Shown here: piece by piece, positions 1 to 6,705 of the stretch
Layout: each line of letters opens with the position of its first letter
How positions within the stretch are numbered: the first letter of the stretch is position 1
From: a virus
Reading direction: 5' to 3' (one strand)
Length of the DNA: 10,357 bases
UHGV virus genome: UHGV-1710816
Made by a program: the position numbers and the translations under genes
Notes under the pieces: model-generated
What the model saw: the letters and a program-made list of their open reading frames with translations, nothing else
Told to the model about the DNA's origin: nothing
The model's database searches: none

Positions 1-265
1 CGCCGGAATAAATCCCCGGCAGAACGAACGCCGTGTCGAGTTCACCGCCCACGGCCAGAATCAGCACCTGTTCCCCCTCGGAAGGTGCCCACCACGTGCG
101 CGAACGTCCGGCGCGATGGGTCAGCCACTGAAGCCAGTCGGTGCACATGCCGCCGGTCTGCACACGGCAGCGACCGGCGTTAAGGTCGGTTTCGACGATA
201 ATGCCGGTGCGGATCATGTTGCGCAGTGCGCGCGCGAGTTCCTGAATATTTGCGAGAGTGTTCAT
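1..265 (-). CDS. V: Baseplate assembly protein V (N-terminal part; gene runs off the left edge of the window)
   Basis: Minus-strand ATG at 265-263; translation MNTLANIQELARALRNMIRTGI... matches the N-terminus of P2 gpV as I recall it. No stop before position 1, so the 3' end is outside the window. Absent from the ORF track because it is unterminated. Confidence 0.85.
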   Translation of the reverse strand, partial: MNTLANIQELARALRNMIRTGIIVETDLNAGRCRVQTGGMCTDWLQWLTHRAGRSRTWWAPSEGEQVLILAVGGELDTAFVLPGIYSG

Positions 266-277
266 AACGGGAAGGAT

Positions 278-299
278 GCCGCCGGGTCATACCGGCGGC
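278..299. repeat. Perfect 8-bp GC inverted repeat GCCGCCGG-N6-CCGGCGGC between S stop and V start
   Basis: Arms at 278-285 and 292-299 are exact reverse complements with a 6-nt loop. No U-run follows on either strand, so it is not a canonical intrinsic terminator. Confidence 0.5.
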
Positions 300-331
300 A
301 ATGTGACGATGAGGTGTCGGGAATGGCACAA

Positions 332-784
332 CTAACGGTCGAGGTGAGCCAGAATAATCTCTTCAATCATCTGCACATCCTCACCGGTAAAGCCGAGCAG
401 AGGACGCGCCGGATAATCAATTTTCTTACCGTCTTTCCGGTTTTCTTCCGACAGACCGAACTGATGCACACTGGCGATTTTCGGTGACTTTCCGCCGTAA
501 AACTCCATTGATGCCTGTTCCGGGCTGGCGCGGATATGCAAAAAACGACTGGTGATAAGTTTCGCAAACATTTTTCGCTTAACACGACCGGTCTTTTTTC
601 TGGCGCTCTGCTGCTGGCGTGGCGCATAGGGTGTGCCGTCCGGGGCTTTCTGTGCCATCACCCGGCGCTGCTGACTCTGCCGCAGACGTTTCGCCAGTTC
701 TGCACTCAGTCGCCGACGCCCTGACGGTGACAGCGACTCAATCAGTCCGGTCAGCCGGTCTTCAAAACGCTTAAACTCATTCAT
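332..784 (-). CDS. S: Tail completion protein S
   Basis: 150-aa ORF MNEFKRFEDRLTGLIESL...; size and gene order match P2 gpS. Its ATG (784-782) overlaps the R stop (ATGAATGA). Confidence 0.9.
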   Translation of the reverse strand: MNEFKRFEDRLTGLIESLSPSGRRRLSAELAKRLRQSQQRRVMAQKAPDGTPYAPRQQQSARKKTGRVKRKMFAKLITSRFLHIRASPEQASMEFYGGKSPKIASVHQFGLSEENRKDGKKIDYPARPLLGFTGEDVQMIEEIILAHLDR

Positions 785-1244
785 CCCACTTACTCACCAG
801 TTCGCCATTGATATACAGCTCCATCGGGCGGGTAACCGGCTCCGGCGGCGGAGGTTCCGGGATATTCTTCACATGCAGCGCGCCGTCAACCTCACTGACC
901 AGCGTGCGCTCGGTCAGCATCAGGCTGATGCTGATATCAAAGCTGCTGTCATTGTTGATGTCTGCATAAAACGTGAAGCCCTTTTTCTGGCCTGCGTCGG
1001 TGGTCATGATGTCGGGCTGATTTTCCCGCAGCCACGCCAGCACCGGCACGATGAGCAGGTCAAAATCACCGGTAAAGTCGGTCACAATCACATTGAGCGT
1101 GTAACGCTTTTCGAACGACAGCGACGTCGCCAGTGTGGAGGCAATACTCCCGTTATCCACGAATATCCGCAGCATATCGGGGTTAGTTTTCAGCACCGTG
1201 ACGGCATCAGTCAGCGCCCTGCGCAGGCTGTCGGGTTTGAGCAT
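777..1244 (-). CDS. R: Tail completion protein R
   Basis: 155-aa ORF MLKPDSLRRALTDAVTVLKTNPDMLRIFVDNG...; ATG at 1244-1242; position after the lysis cassette matches P2 gpR. Confidence 0.9.
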   Translation of the reverse strand: MLKPDSLRRALTDAVTVLKTNPDMLRIFVDNGSIASTLATSLSFEKRYTLNVIVTDFTGDFDLLIVPVLAWLRENQPDIMTTDAGQKKGFTFYADINNDSSFDISISLMLTERTLVSEVDGALHVKNIPEPPPPEPVTRPMELYINGELVSKWDE

Positions 1245-1497
1245 CGTTTTCGTCCTGACAGTGTTTAATCATTTTTACCTGGCTGGCACAGCGTGCCAGC
1301 GCGTTCTCAAGCTGCCGGATATCGGCACTTAAATCACCGTTCGTCTGCGGGTCACTGCCCGGCATCGGGCAAAGGCTCACTTTCGGGCAGGCGTTGTGGA
1401 CAATCACTGGCGTCGGTGCAGGCCGGGCGCTGGTGCAACCGGCGCACAGCATCAGGCAGGTCAGCACCGTACCAGCGGCGAAAATCTTCGTTTTCAT
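1207..1497 (-). CDS. lysC: LysC, Rz1-like outer-membrane spanin lipoprotein, nested out of frame in lysB and running into R
   Basis: 96-aa ORF starting ATG 1497-1495 inside lysB (lysB stop at 1352) and ending at 1207 inside R. N-terminus MKTKIFAAGTVLTCLMLCAGC looks like a signal peptide with a lipobox-like LCAGC; the mature part is Pro-rich (PAPTPV, PMPGSDP). This is the P2 lysB/lysC embedded-spanin arrangement. Confidence 0.8.
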   Translation of the reverse strand: MKTKIFAAGTVLTCLMLCAGCTSARPAPTPVIVHNACPKVSLCPMPGSDPQTNGDLSADIRQLENALARCASQVKMIKHCQDENDAQTRQPAQGAD

Positions 1498-1777
1498 TCA
1501 GTAACCTCGTGATGGTTTTCTCGCGCTGTGCTTCACGTTTCGCGGCGTTCTCCAGTTCCTGACGCAGTGCCACCTGCGCCAGCTCGTTTTTGTCTGCCCT
1601 GGTGAGTGCAACATGAAGCTGATTTTTCAGCATGGTGATGGTCGTCTGCTGCCCACTGGCGACATTGTTCGCCCTGTCCAGCGAGGCGCGCAGGCTGGCA
1701 TTTTTGTGTTTCACCAGAAACAGCCCCGCCAACGCCAGCGATAACAACACGACCAGCACAGTCATCAGCCTTGACAT
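1352..1777 (-). CDS. lysB: LysB, Rz-like inner-membrane spanin
   Basis: 141-aa ORF with N-terminal transmembrane segment MSRLMTVLVVLLSLALAGLFLV followed by a charged, helix-prone region. ATG 1777-1775 overlaps the end of lysA by 13 nt. Confidence 0.88.
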   Translation of the reverse strand: MSRLMTVLVVLLSLALAGLFLVKHKNASLRASLDRANNVASGQQTTITMLKNQLHVALTRADKNELAQVALRQELENAAKREAQREKTITRLLNENEDFRRWYGADLPDAVRRLHQRPACTDASDCPQRLPESEPLPDAGQ

Positions 1778-2190
1778 GGTTTCCGCCCCTCAAGACGCTG
1801 GCGGCAGGCCGTATGCATCAACCGGAAAAATAGCGACGCCACAAGATAAATCAGCGCGGTAAAAATCCACCCGGCGGCGACCAGCGAGATAAACGTCGCC
1901 ACCATCACCACCAGACCCACCGCCCGTCTGCACCACGTCACCGGCTGCAAAAACAGCGACGTGACAATCTTCACGGCCAGCGATTCCGGCGGCAGCTCCC
2001 GCCCGTAGCGTTCAAGTACATACTCAGTGGCATACACGCCGACACCACCGGCAACCACACAGATAACCGTCGCCAGAATCGCCCAGGCAGCGACAAAACT
2101 GACGGCCACGCTCTGCGGGTAAATCAGGGACAGTGCCAGCATCAGCGCCAGCAACACGTTCAGCATCAGTGAAAGGGATAATTTCTTCAT
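1765..2190 (-). CDS. lysA: LysA, multi-pass membrane protein of the lysis cassette (lysis-timing/antiholin-like)
   Basis: 141-aa very hydrophobic ORF with several predicted TM stretches. ATG 2190-2188 is preceded by GGAG. Position between K and lysB matches P2. Confidence 0.88.
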   Translation of the reverse strand: MKKLSLSLMLNVLLALMLALSLIYPQSVAVSFVAAWAILATVICVVAGGVGVYATEYVLERYGRELPPESLAVKIVTSLFLQPVTWCRRAVGLVVMVATFISLVAAGWIFTALIYLVASLFFRLMHTACRQRLEGRKPCQG

Positions 2191-2204
2191 GGTGTTTACT
2201 CCGT

Positions 2205-2702
2205 TTAAGCCGGTACGCCGCCAGCGGTACGCCAGACGGTGACCAGTTTTTCCAGTGGATGCTCACGCTGACCGTAACCGGCACCCGGCAGGGACGCCCA
2301 GATATTGCGACAGCGTGAAATGGCGCGCTCAATGCGTCCCGCCCGGATGTCATCCAGTGCACCGCGTTCGCGGATCAACTGAATGGCGAGCCTGTCCTGT
2401 GACAACGGACTGAAATCCGGCAGGGCAAGCTGTTTGCGGTAATGCGGCCAGAACAGGTAAAGCTGCTGATAGCGACCGGAGGCCGTGGATTTTTCACCGC
2501 GACGGTTAAACACCTTCGCCGGTCGGCCATGCGCGAACGGGTGGTCACTGTAGTCGGTGAAAATTTCCGGCTTCCCGTCCAGTCCGGTGACTATCACGTC
2601 ATAGCCACGGTTTTTCGTCAGCGGATGATTCGCCGTCCCTTCGGACACGGCCAGCATGTCGAGAAAGGCGGCGATATTCTGATGCGTGTTAATTACCGGC
2701 AT
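2205..2702 (-). CDS. K: Endolysin K (lambda R-type lytic transglycosylase family)
   Basis: 165-aa ORF; N-terminus ...AAFLDMLAVSEGTANHPLTKNRGYDVIVTG... and C-terminus ...NIWASLPGAGYGQ... align by eye with lambda R, including the catalytic-Glu motif SEGT. ATG overlaps the Y stop (TAATG). Confidence 0.92.
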   Translation of the reverse strand: MPVINTHQNIAAFLDMLAVSEGTANHPLTKNRGYDVIVTGLDGKPEIFTDYSDHPFAHGRPAKVFNRRGEKSTASGRYQQLYLFWPHYRKQLALPDFSPLSQDRLAIQLIRERGALDDIRAGRIERAISRCRNIWASLPGAGYGQREHPLEKLVTVWRTAGGVPA

Positions 2703-2983
2703 TACTGTTTCCCCCTGCCCTTAAAACGGCGCTGAATGGCAATCTCAATCACCTGATAACCGGCGATACCCAGCATGGAGCCGATGCCGCACACCGCAGG
2801 CAGCGACAGGTCAGGAAACTGCACCAGAACAACACCGGCAACCATCGAGACAAAACCACCGAGCAACATGCGCCCGATAAACAGACGCGGGGTGATGGGT
2901 TCACCACCGGCAAGCACCTTGCCGACAACAATCAGCACCCCAATCATGAAAAGCGACAGGACGCTTTTTTCTTCTGCTGTCAT
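2702..2983 (-). CDS. Y: Holin Y
   Basis: 93-aa ORF with hydrophobic TM segments and a basic C-terminal tail (QRRFKGRGKQ); GGGAG Shine-Dalgarno upstream; sits immediately upstream of the endolysin as in P2. Confidence 0.9.
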   Translation of the reverse strand: MTAEEKSVLSLFMIGVLIVVGKVLAGGEPITPRLFIGRMLLGGFVSMVAGVVLVQFPDLSLPAVCGIGSMLGIAGYQVIEIAIQRRFKGRGKQ

Positions 2984-2986
2984 GCG

Positions 2987-3190
2987 TTACTCCCACAGAT
3001 TGACAGTTTCAGCCACGGGCGCGGTCTGAACGTCGGGCAGTTCGACGGCGGTGCCGTGTGGCAGCACCGCACCCAGTTCAGCCAGTCCCGGATTTGCGGC
3101 GAGCACGGCTTCGACCACGCCCTCAGTGCGCCCGTAATACCGGACACAAATGGCGTCGAGCGTGTCGCCCTGTAGCGCAAAGGTCTTCAT
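2987..3190 (-). CDS. X: Tail protein X (LysM-like small protein)
   Basis: Internal ATG at 3190-3188 gives 67 aa MKTFALQGDTLDAICVRYYG...NPGLAELGAVLPHGTAVELP, a LysM-like pattern. It overlaps the L stop as TGATG. The ORF-track 90-aa version is an in-frame upstream extension. Confidence 0.85.
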   Translation of the reverse strand: MKTFALQGDTLDAICVRYYGRTEGVVEAVLAANPGLAELGAVLPHGTAVELPDVQTAPVAETVNLWE

Positions 3191-3699
3191 CAGATTTGAC
3201 TCACGATGCAGCGCGGCTTGTCCTGGATACGCGCCACCGCCCAGCGCATATCCCGCCACAGCTCATCAATGGTGCTGTCAATGCTGTCAGCCTTCTTGTC
3301 GCCTTTCGCACTGGCATCCACGCCGCGATAACGCTCATAAAGCGACGCGGTCGCCATCGCACACACGGCGCGCTCGTAGTAAAAAACTTTGATGCTTTCA
3401 CCGTCGATATCGTCCGCCGGGACGTCCGCCAGACGCGTAAAACCGGCGGCAATTTTCTGTTCGCGGTACTCGTACAGCTCCGCATTCGTCTCCGCCATGC
3501 CTGACTTGATGGCCTCACGCAGACGAGCGGGGGCGACGGTCTGCTCAAGGCGCATACGTTCCCGGACGCGCTTCGGGTCGATATCGGGGAAAAAGAACGT
3601 GTTTTTAATCACCGGCTCGTCGCCTGCCGGTTGCGGGATGACCACCGTACCCTCACCGGACACGGGAGCCTCCTTTCGCGGAATAATCAGCGTCATCAT
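3190..3699 (-). CDS. L: Head completion/stabilization protein L
   Basis: Internal start MMTLIIPRKEAP... at 3699 with GAGG upstream gives 169 aa, the size of P2 gpL. The ORF-track 189-aa form adds an unsupported upstream extension. Confidence 0.88.
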   Translation of the reverse strand: MMTLIIPRKEAPVSGEGTVVIPQPAGDEPVIKNTFFFPDIDPKRVRERMRLEQTVAPARLREAIKSGMAETNAELYEYREQKIAAGFTRLADVPADDIDGESIKVFYYERAVCAMATASLYERYRGVDASAKGDKKADSIDSTIDELWRDMRWAVARIQDKPRCIVSQI

Positions 3700-3798
3700 G
3701 ACTACCTCTGAAAAGTCGGGCGGTGGACGCCGGTGCAGTGTCAGGTGATTCACCCTCACTGACCGGCGTGCCGCCCTGGCGCGGGGCGCATTCGGTTG

Positions 3799-4542
3799 TT
3801 AACTGGCTTTCTTTTTCGGGCGTCCACGTTTTGCCGGTGTCACGCTCCGGGTCTTACGCGGGGCGCGGGTGGCCGCTTTTGGCTGCGGCTCCGGCTTCGG
3901 TTTCAGCTCCCGCTCCAGTCGTTCAATCTCTTTTTTGACGCCTGCCTGACAGTCGAGCTGTGTCGCACGTTGCAGGTGCGCCAGCGCACCTGCGGCATCA
4001 CCACCGTCACGCAGAAACAGACCGGTGATTTTGTGCAGCTTTGCGCGCACTTCATCAGGCATGTCAGCCGTGGCGGTCAGTTCAAGGGTGTCCGTCAGCA
4101 GGCGGGTATCCACAGACTCACCGGCAGCGTGGGCGCGCATGGCCGCGAGCGCCACCTCCTCGGTGAACATGTACGGCGGGGTGCGGCGGTGTTTACCCGG
4201 CATGGTCAGACCGTACTTCAGGGCATAACGGGCAATCTCCAGCGCACCGGCAATATCGCCGGTATCCAGACGCCACAGCATGATCGTCATCAGAATGTCA
4301 TCCTGTGCACCTTTGCCCTGCTCCAGCACGCCGTTCACCCACGGCAACCAGAACGGCAGCAGTTCGCGTTTTTTCGCGGCCTTCAGCTCTTTTGAATAAA
4401 TCGCTTTCAGTGTGCGCTGGTCTGCGGCCAGCTTGACCAGCATCTGCTCATAGACAGTTGCATGTCGCAGCGGGGCGGCTTCCCGCTGCGCGGTCATCGC
4501 TGCCGAGACCCGCATCATGTGGCGCTGTGCGGGACTCGTCAT
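3799..4542 (-). CDS. M: Terminase small (endonuclease) subunit M
   Basis: 247-aa ORF MTSPAQRHMMRVSAAMTAQ... with a basic C-terminal tail; ATG 4542-4540 lies 3 nt after the N stop and has GGGAG upstream. Confidence 0.9.
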   Translation of the reverse strand: MTSPAQRHMMRVSAAMTAQREAAPLRHATVYEQMLVKLAADQRTLKAIYSKELKAAKKRELLPFWLPWVNGVLEQGKGAQDDILMTIMLWRLDTGDIAGALEIARYALKYGLTMPGKHRRTPPYMFTEEVALAAMRAHAAGESVDTRLLTDTLELTATADMPDEVRAKLHKITGLFLRDGGDAAGALAHLQRATQLDCQAGVKKEIERLERELKPKPEPQPKAATRAPRKTRSVTPAKRGRPKKKAS

Positions 4543-4545
4543 CGG

Positions 4546-5619
4546 TTACGCTCCCGGCTCTGCGGTCGCTTTAGCCGGTGTGGAGAAATCACCGACCTTA
4601 ATTTTTTCCACCAGACAACCGGCGGCGTAGTCTTCCACCACGTAATCAATGTTCATTGACTCGTAGTTCTCCACGCGGTCGAGTTTCGGGTTTTCCTCAA
4701 TCACGCGGCGATGGCTGTCATCCATGTAGTAGATGGACAGGTTTTCCAGCTTCGTGATGAGCATCGCATCCGCCGGGAAGTACGGGACGCGTACCGCCGG
4801 CAGGTTACCGATGCGTTTCTGGCTGATGATGACGTCAGCGGCCAGCATTTCGCTGTTGTCCTGCTCCTTGTTGACGATGGGGAAATACTTGTCCGCCAGT
4901 AGCTGACGCCCCACAATCACCACAAGGTCAGGGTCTTCCTGATACCACGGCTCAATCAGGTTGTTGGTCGCATCCATCACCAGTGCATCGAGGCTGGCAT
5001 AATCACCGCCCTTACCCACGCGGATGACCTCAGAGGTCGTGTGACCTTCTTCGTCAGTAACCTTGCTCATCACGCGCGCCGGGGCTTCATTGCGGTATTT
5101 CTGCAGCCAGCCGACCGCCACATCCTGCAGCATCTGGTTACTGCTGCGGTCAGAGGTTTCGGCACGCCTCACGCCGTTAAAACCGGCCATGATTAAATCA
5201 AGGGACTGGCGTTTGATAATGGCGTTACGGACACGGAGCTGGAAGTCCTGATAACGCGCCCACAGGTCAAGCGTTTTGTAGCGGATATAAAAATCGAAGT
5301 TAATCTGGTCGCATTCGTACTTGTTTGACGCCAGCTTCGAGAAGTCCTTCGGCTGACGCTCGGTGCCACCGGCGGTGTCTGTGGTGCTGGCGATGGAGCC
5401 GGTGACACCAATACCAATTTTTTCCCCTTTCATTTCGCTGACCGGCACAATGTTGATGCGGGTCAGAAAGTCAGAGGACTCCTGCATGGTGTTCATCAGG
5501 GTCTGGGTGACCGACGGTTCAACGGTGAATTTTTTCGACACATCACCGGCGTCGATGCCGTTCAGTTCGGCAACACGGGACAGGTAGGCATTAAATTTAA
5601 AGCGGGTTTCCTGGCGCAT
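4546..5619 (-). CDS. N: Major capsid protein precursor N
   Basis: 357-aa ORF MRQETRFKFNAYLSRVAELNGIDAG...; AGGA Shine-Dalgarno 6 nt upstream; size and position match P2 gpN. Confidence 0.93.
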   Translation of the reverse strand: MRQETRFKFNAYLSRVAELNGIDAGDVSKKFTVEPSVTQTLMNTMQESSDFLTRINIVPVSEMKGEKIGIGVTGSIASTTDTAGGTERQPKDFSKLASNKYECDQINFDFYIRYKTLDLWARYQDFQLRVRNAIIKRQSLDLIMAGFNGVRRAETSDRSSNQMLQDVAVGWLQKYRNEAPARVMSKVTDEEGHTTSEVIRVGKGGDYASLDALVMDATNNLIEPWYQEDPDLVVIVGRQLLADKYFPIVNKEQDNSEMLAADVIISQKRIGNLPAVRVPYFPADAMLITKLENLSIYYMDDSHRRVIEENPKLDRVENYESMNIDYVVEDYAAGCLVEKIKVGDFSTPAKATAEPGA

Positions 5620-5677
5620 AGTTTTTCCTGAAATTAAGGGTTAATCGTGAAGGTTTTCCCGGACTGGCTGACGCCGG

Positions 5678-6532
5678 TCAGCAGTTCGTCATCAGGGCGT
5701 CACCGCCACCGCCGGTGGCCTTGCTGCGGCGCTGCTGGGTCAGACTTTCGGTGTGGTCGAGACTGTTTTTCAGGCGGCTGAATGCCTGGCTGGTTTCATC
5801 CGCCCTGTCAGTCACCTCCTGCTTAAGTGCGGAAAAGGCGGTTTCCATCTCAGCGAGTCGCTGCTCAGTGGCGCTCAGCTTTTCCTGCACATGTTCAGCA
5901 ACAGCGGTCACCGCTTCATGCACGTCATTCAGACGGGCGTCATCGCTGGCCTGTTTGCGGCCAAAAATGGATTTCACCTTTTCGGTCAGGGCGGTGAACA
6001 CGGTTTCAGGCAGGTCTTCAAATTCCAGCTCAACAGGCGTTGCCACTGAAATCAGGTTTTCAGGGCTTAATTTGAAGCGGTTCAGGGGGTTGTGTTTTGC
6101 CGTGCGGCAGAATTCCAGGTATTCCGTGCCGAGGCTTGCCGGGTCATCGGTGACGGCCAGCCCCACCAGATAACATTTGCCGGTGTTGGCAAAGTTCGGC
6201 TGAATTTCCATTGAGGTGTAGACCTTCTGCGCGGCCTTGTTCATCGCGATAAGGTCATCGGTCGGGGTGATTTTCGCAAACAGCGCCCATTTGCCTTTCA
6301 GCGCCGAATCATCGTCAATCTTTTCGGCCTTCAGTTCGGCCACATCGCCATAACGCTTAAAAATACCGTCAGGCAGGATGCCGCGCAGATGTTCCAGGTT
6401 AATGCGGCAACCATAGACACGCGGGTCAAAGGTTTCGGCCATTTCCTGAATATCCTGCGCACTGATGACACGCCCGTCACAGGTGTCACCCTCAACGCCG
6501 ATACGAAAGAATTTTGAGACTTTTTTTGCCAT
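5678..6532 (-). CDS. O: Capsid scaffolding protein O
   Basis: Start at ATG 6532-6530 (MAKKVSKFFRIGVEG...) with AGGA upstream gives 284 aa, the size of P2 gpO. The ORF-track 306-aa form is an upstream extension. Confidence 0.9.
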   Translation of the reverse strand: MAKKVSKFFRIGVEGDTCDGRVISAQDIQEMAETFDPRVYGCRINLEHLRGILPDGIFKRYGDVAELKAEKIDDDSALKGKWALFAKITPTDDLIAMNKAAQKVYTSMEIQPNFANTGKCYLVGLAVTDDPASLGTEYLEFCRTAKHNPLNRFKLSPENLISVATPVELEFEDLPETVFTALTEKVKSIFGRKQASDDARLNDVHEAVTAVAEHVQEKLSATEQRLAEMETAFSALKQEVTDRADETSQAFSRLKNSLDHTESLTQQRRSKATGGGGDALMTNC

Positions 6533-6705
6533 TGTCAGGAGTCCTGAATAGTGATTAGAGGAGTCACATGTCGGCATCAGTTTCCCGACGATGCGCATCC
6601 TCCGCCATCAGTCCCGGATGGCTTATCACTGACACAACAGCACCTTAGCGAATCGCGGGGCGCGACTCAGTAGCCTTGCCGTGTATTCATCACGGCGAGG
6701 TATTC
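6533..6705. promoter_or_regulatory. Divergent intergenic region expected to hold the late promoters for the O operon (leftward) and P-Q operon (rightward)
   Basis: 173 bp of non-coding DNA between divergent O and P starts. Contains inverted repeats GTCGG-N10-CCGAC (6570-6589) and GCCATC-N7-GATGGC (6604-6622) and a 9/10 direct repeat GTATTCAT(C/G)A (6683-6692, 6700-6709). No perfect TGT-N12-ACA activator site was found. Confidence 0.6.

Noticed and set aside
116-487. Plus-strand ORF of 123 aa (and similar antisense ORFs at 873-1268, 1293-1562, 3058-3504, 3796-4395, 5715-6173)
   Set aside because: Each lies entirely antisense to a well-supported P2 late gene. Open frames of this length are expected on the opposite strand of GC-rich coding DNA, and their translations are Arg/Ala/Cys-rich with no recognisable features.
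5678-6598. ORF-track N-terminal extensions of O (306 aa), L (189 aa), X (90 aa) and P (600 aa)
   Set aside because: The internal ATGs have proper Shine-Dalgarno sequences, give the known P2 protein lengths, and in two cases form stop-start overlaps. The extensions would run into upstream genes or promoters.
6568-6648. 26-codon plus-strand ORF with a GAGGAG Shine-Dalgarno in the O-P intergenic region
   Set aside because: Very short, product (MSASVSRRCASSAISPGWLITDTTAP) has no recognisable feature, and it sits inside the expected promoter region. Noted under findings only as a caveat.
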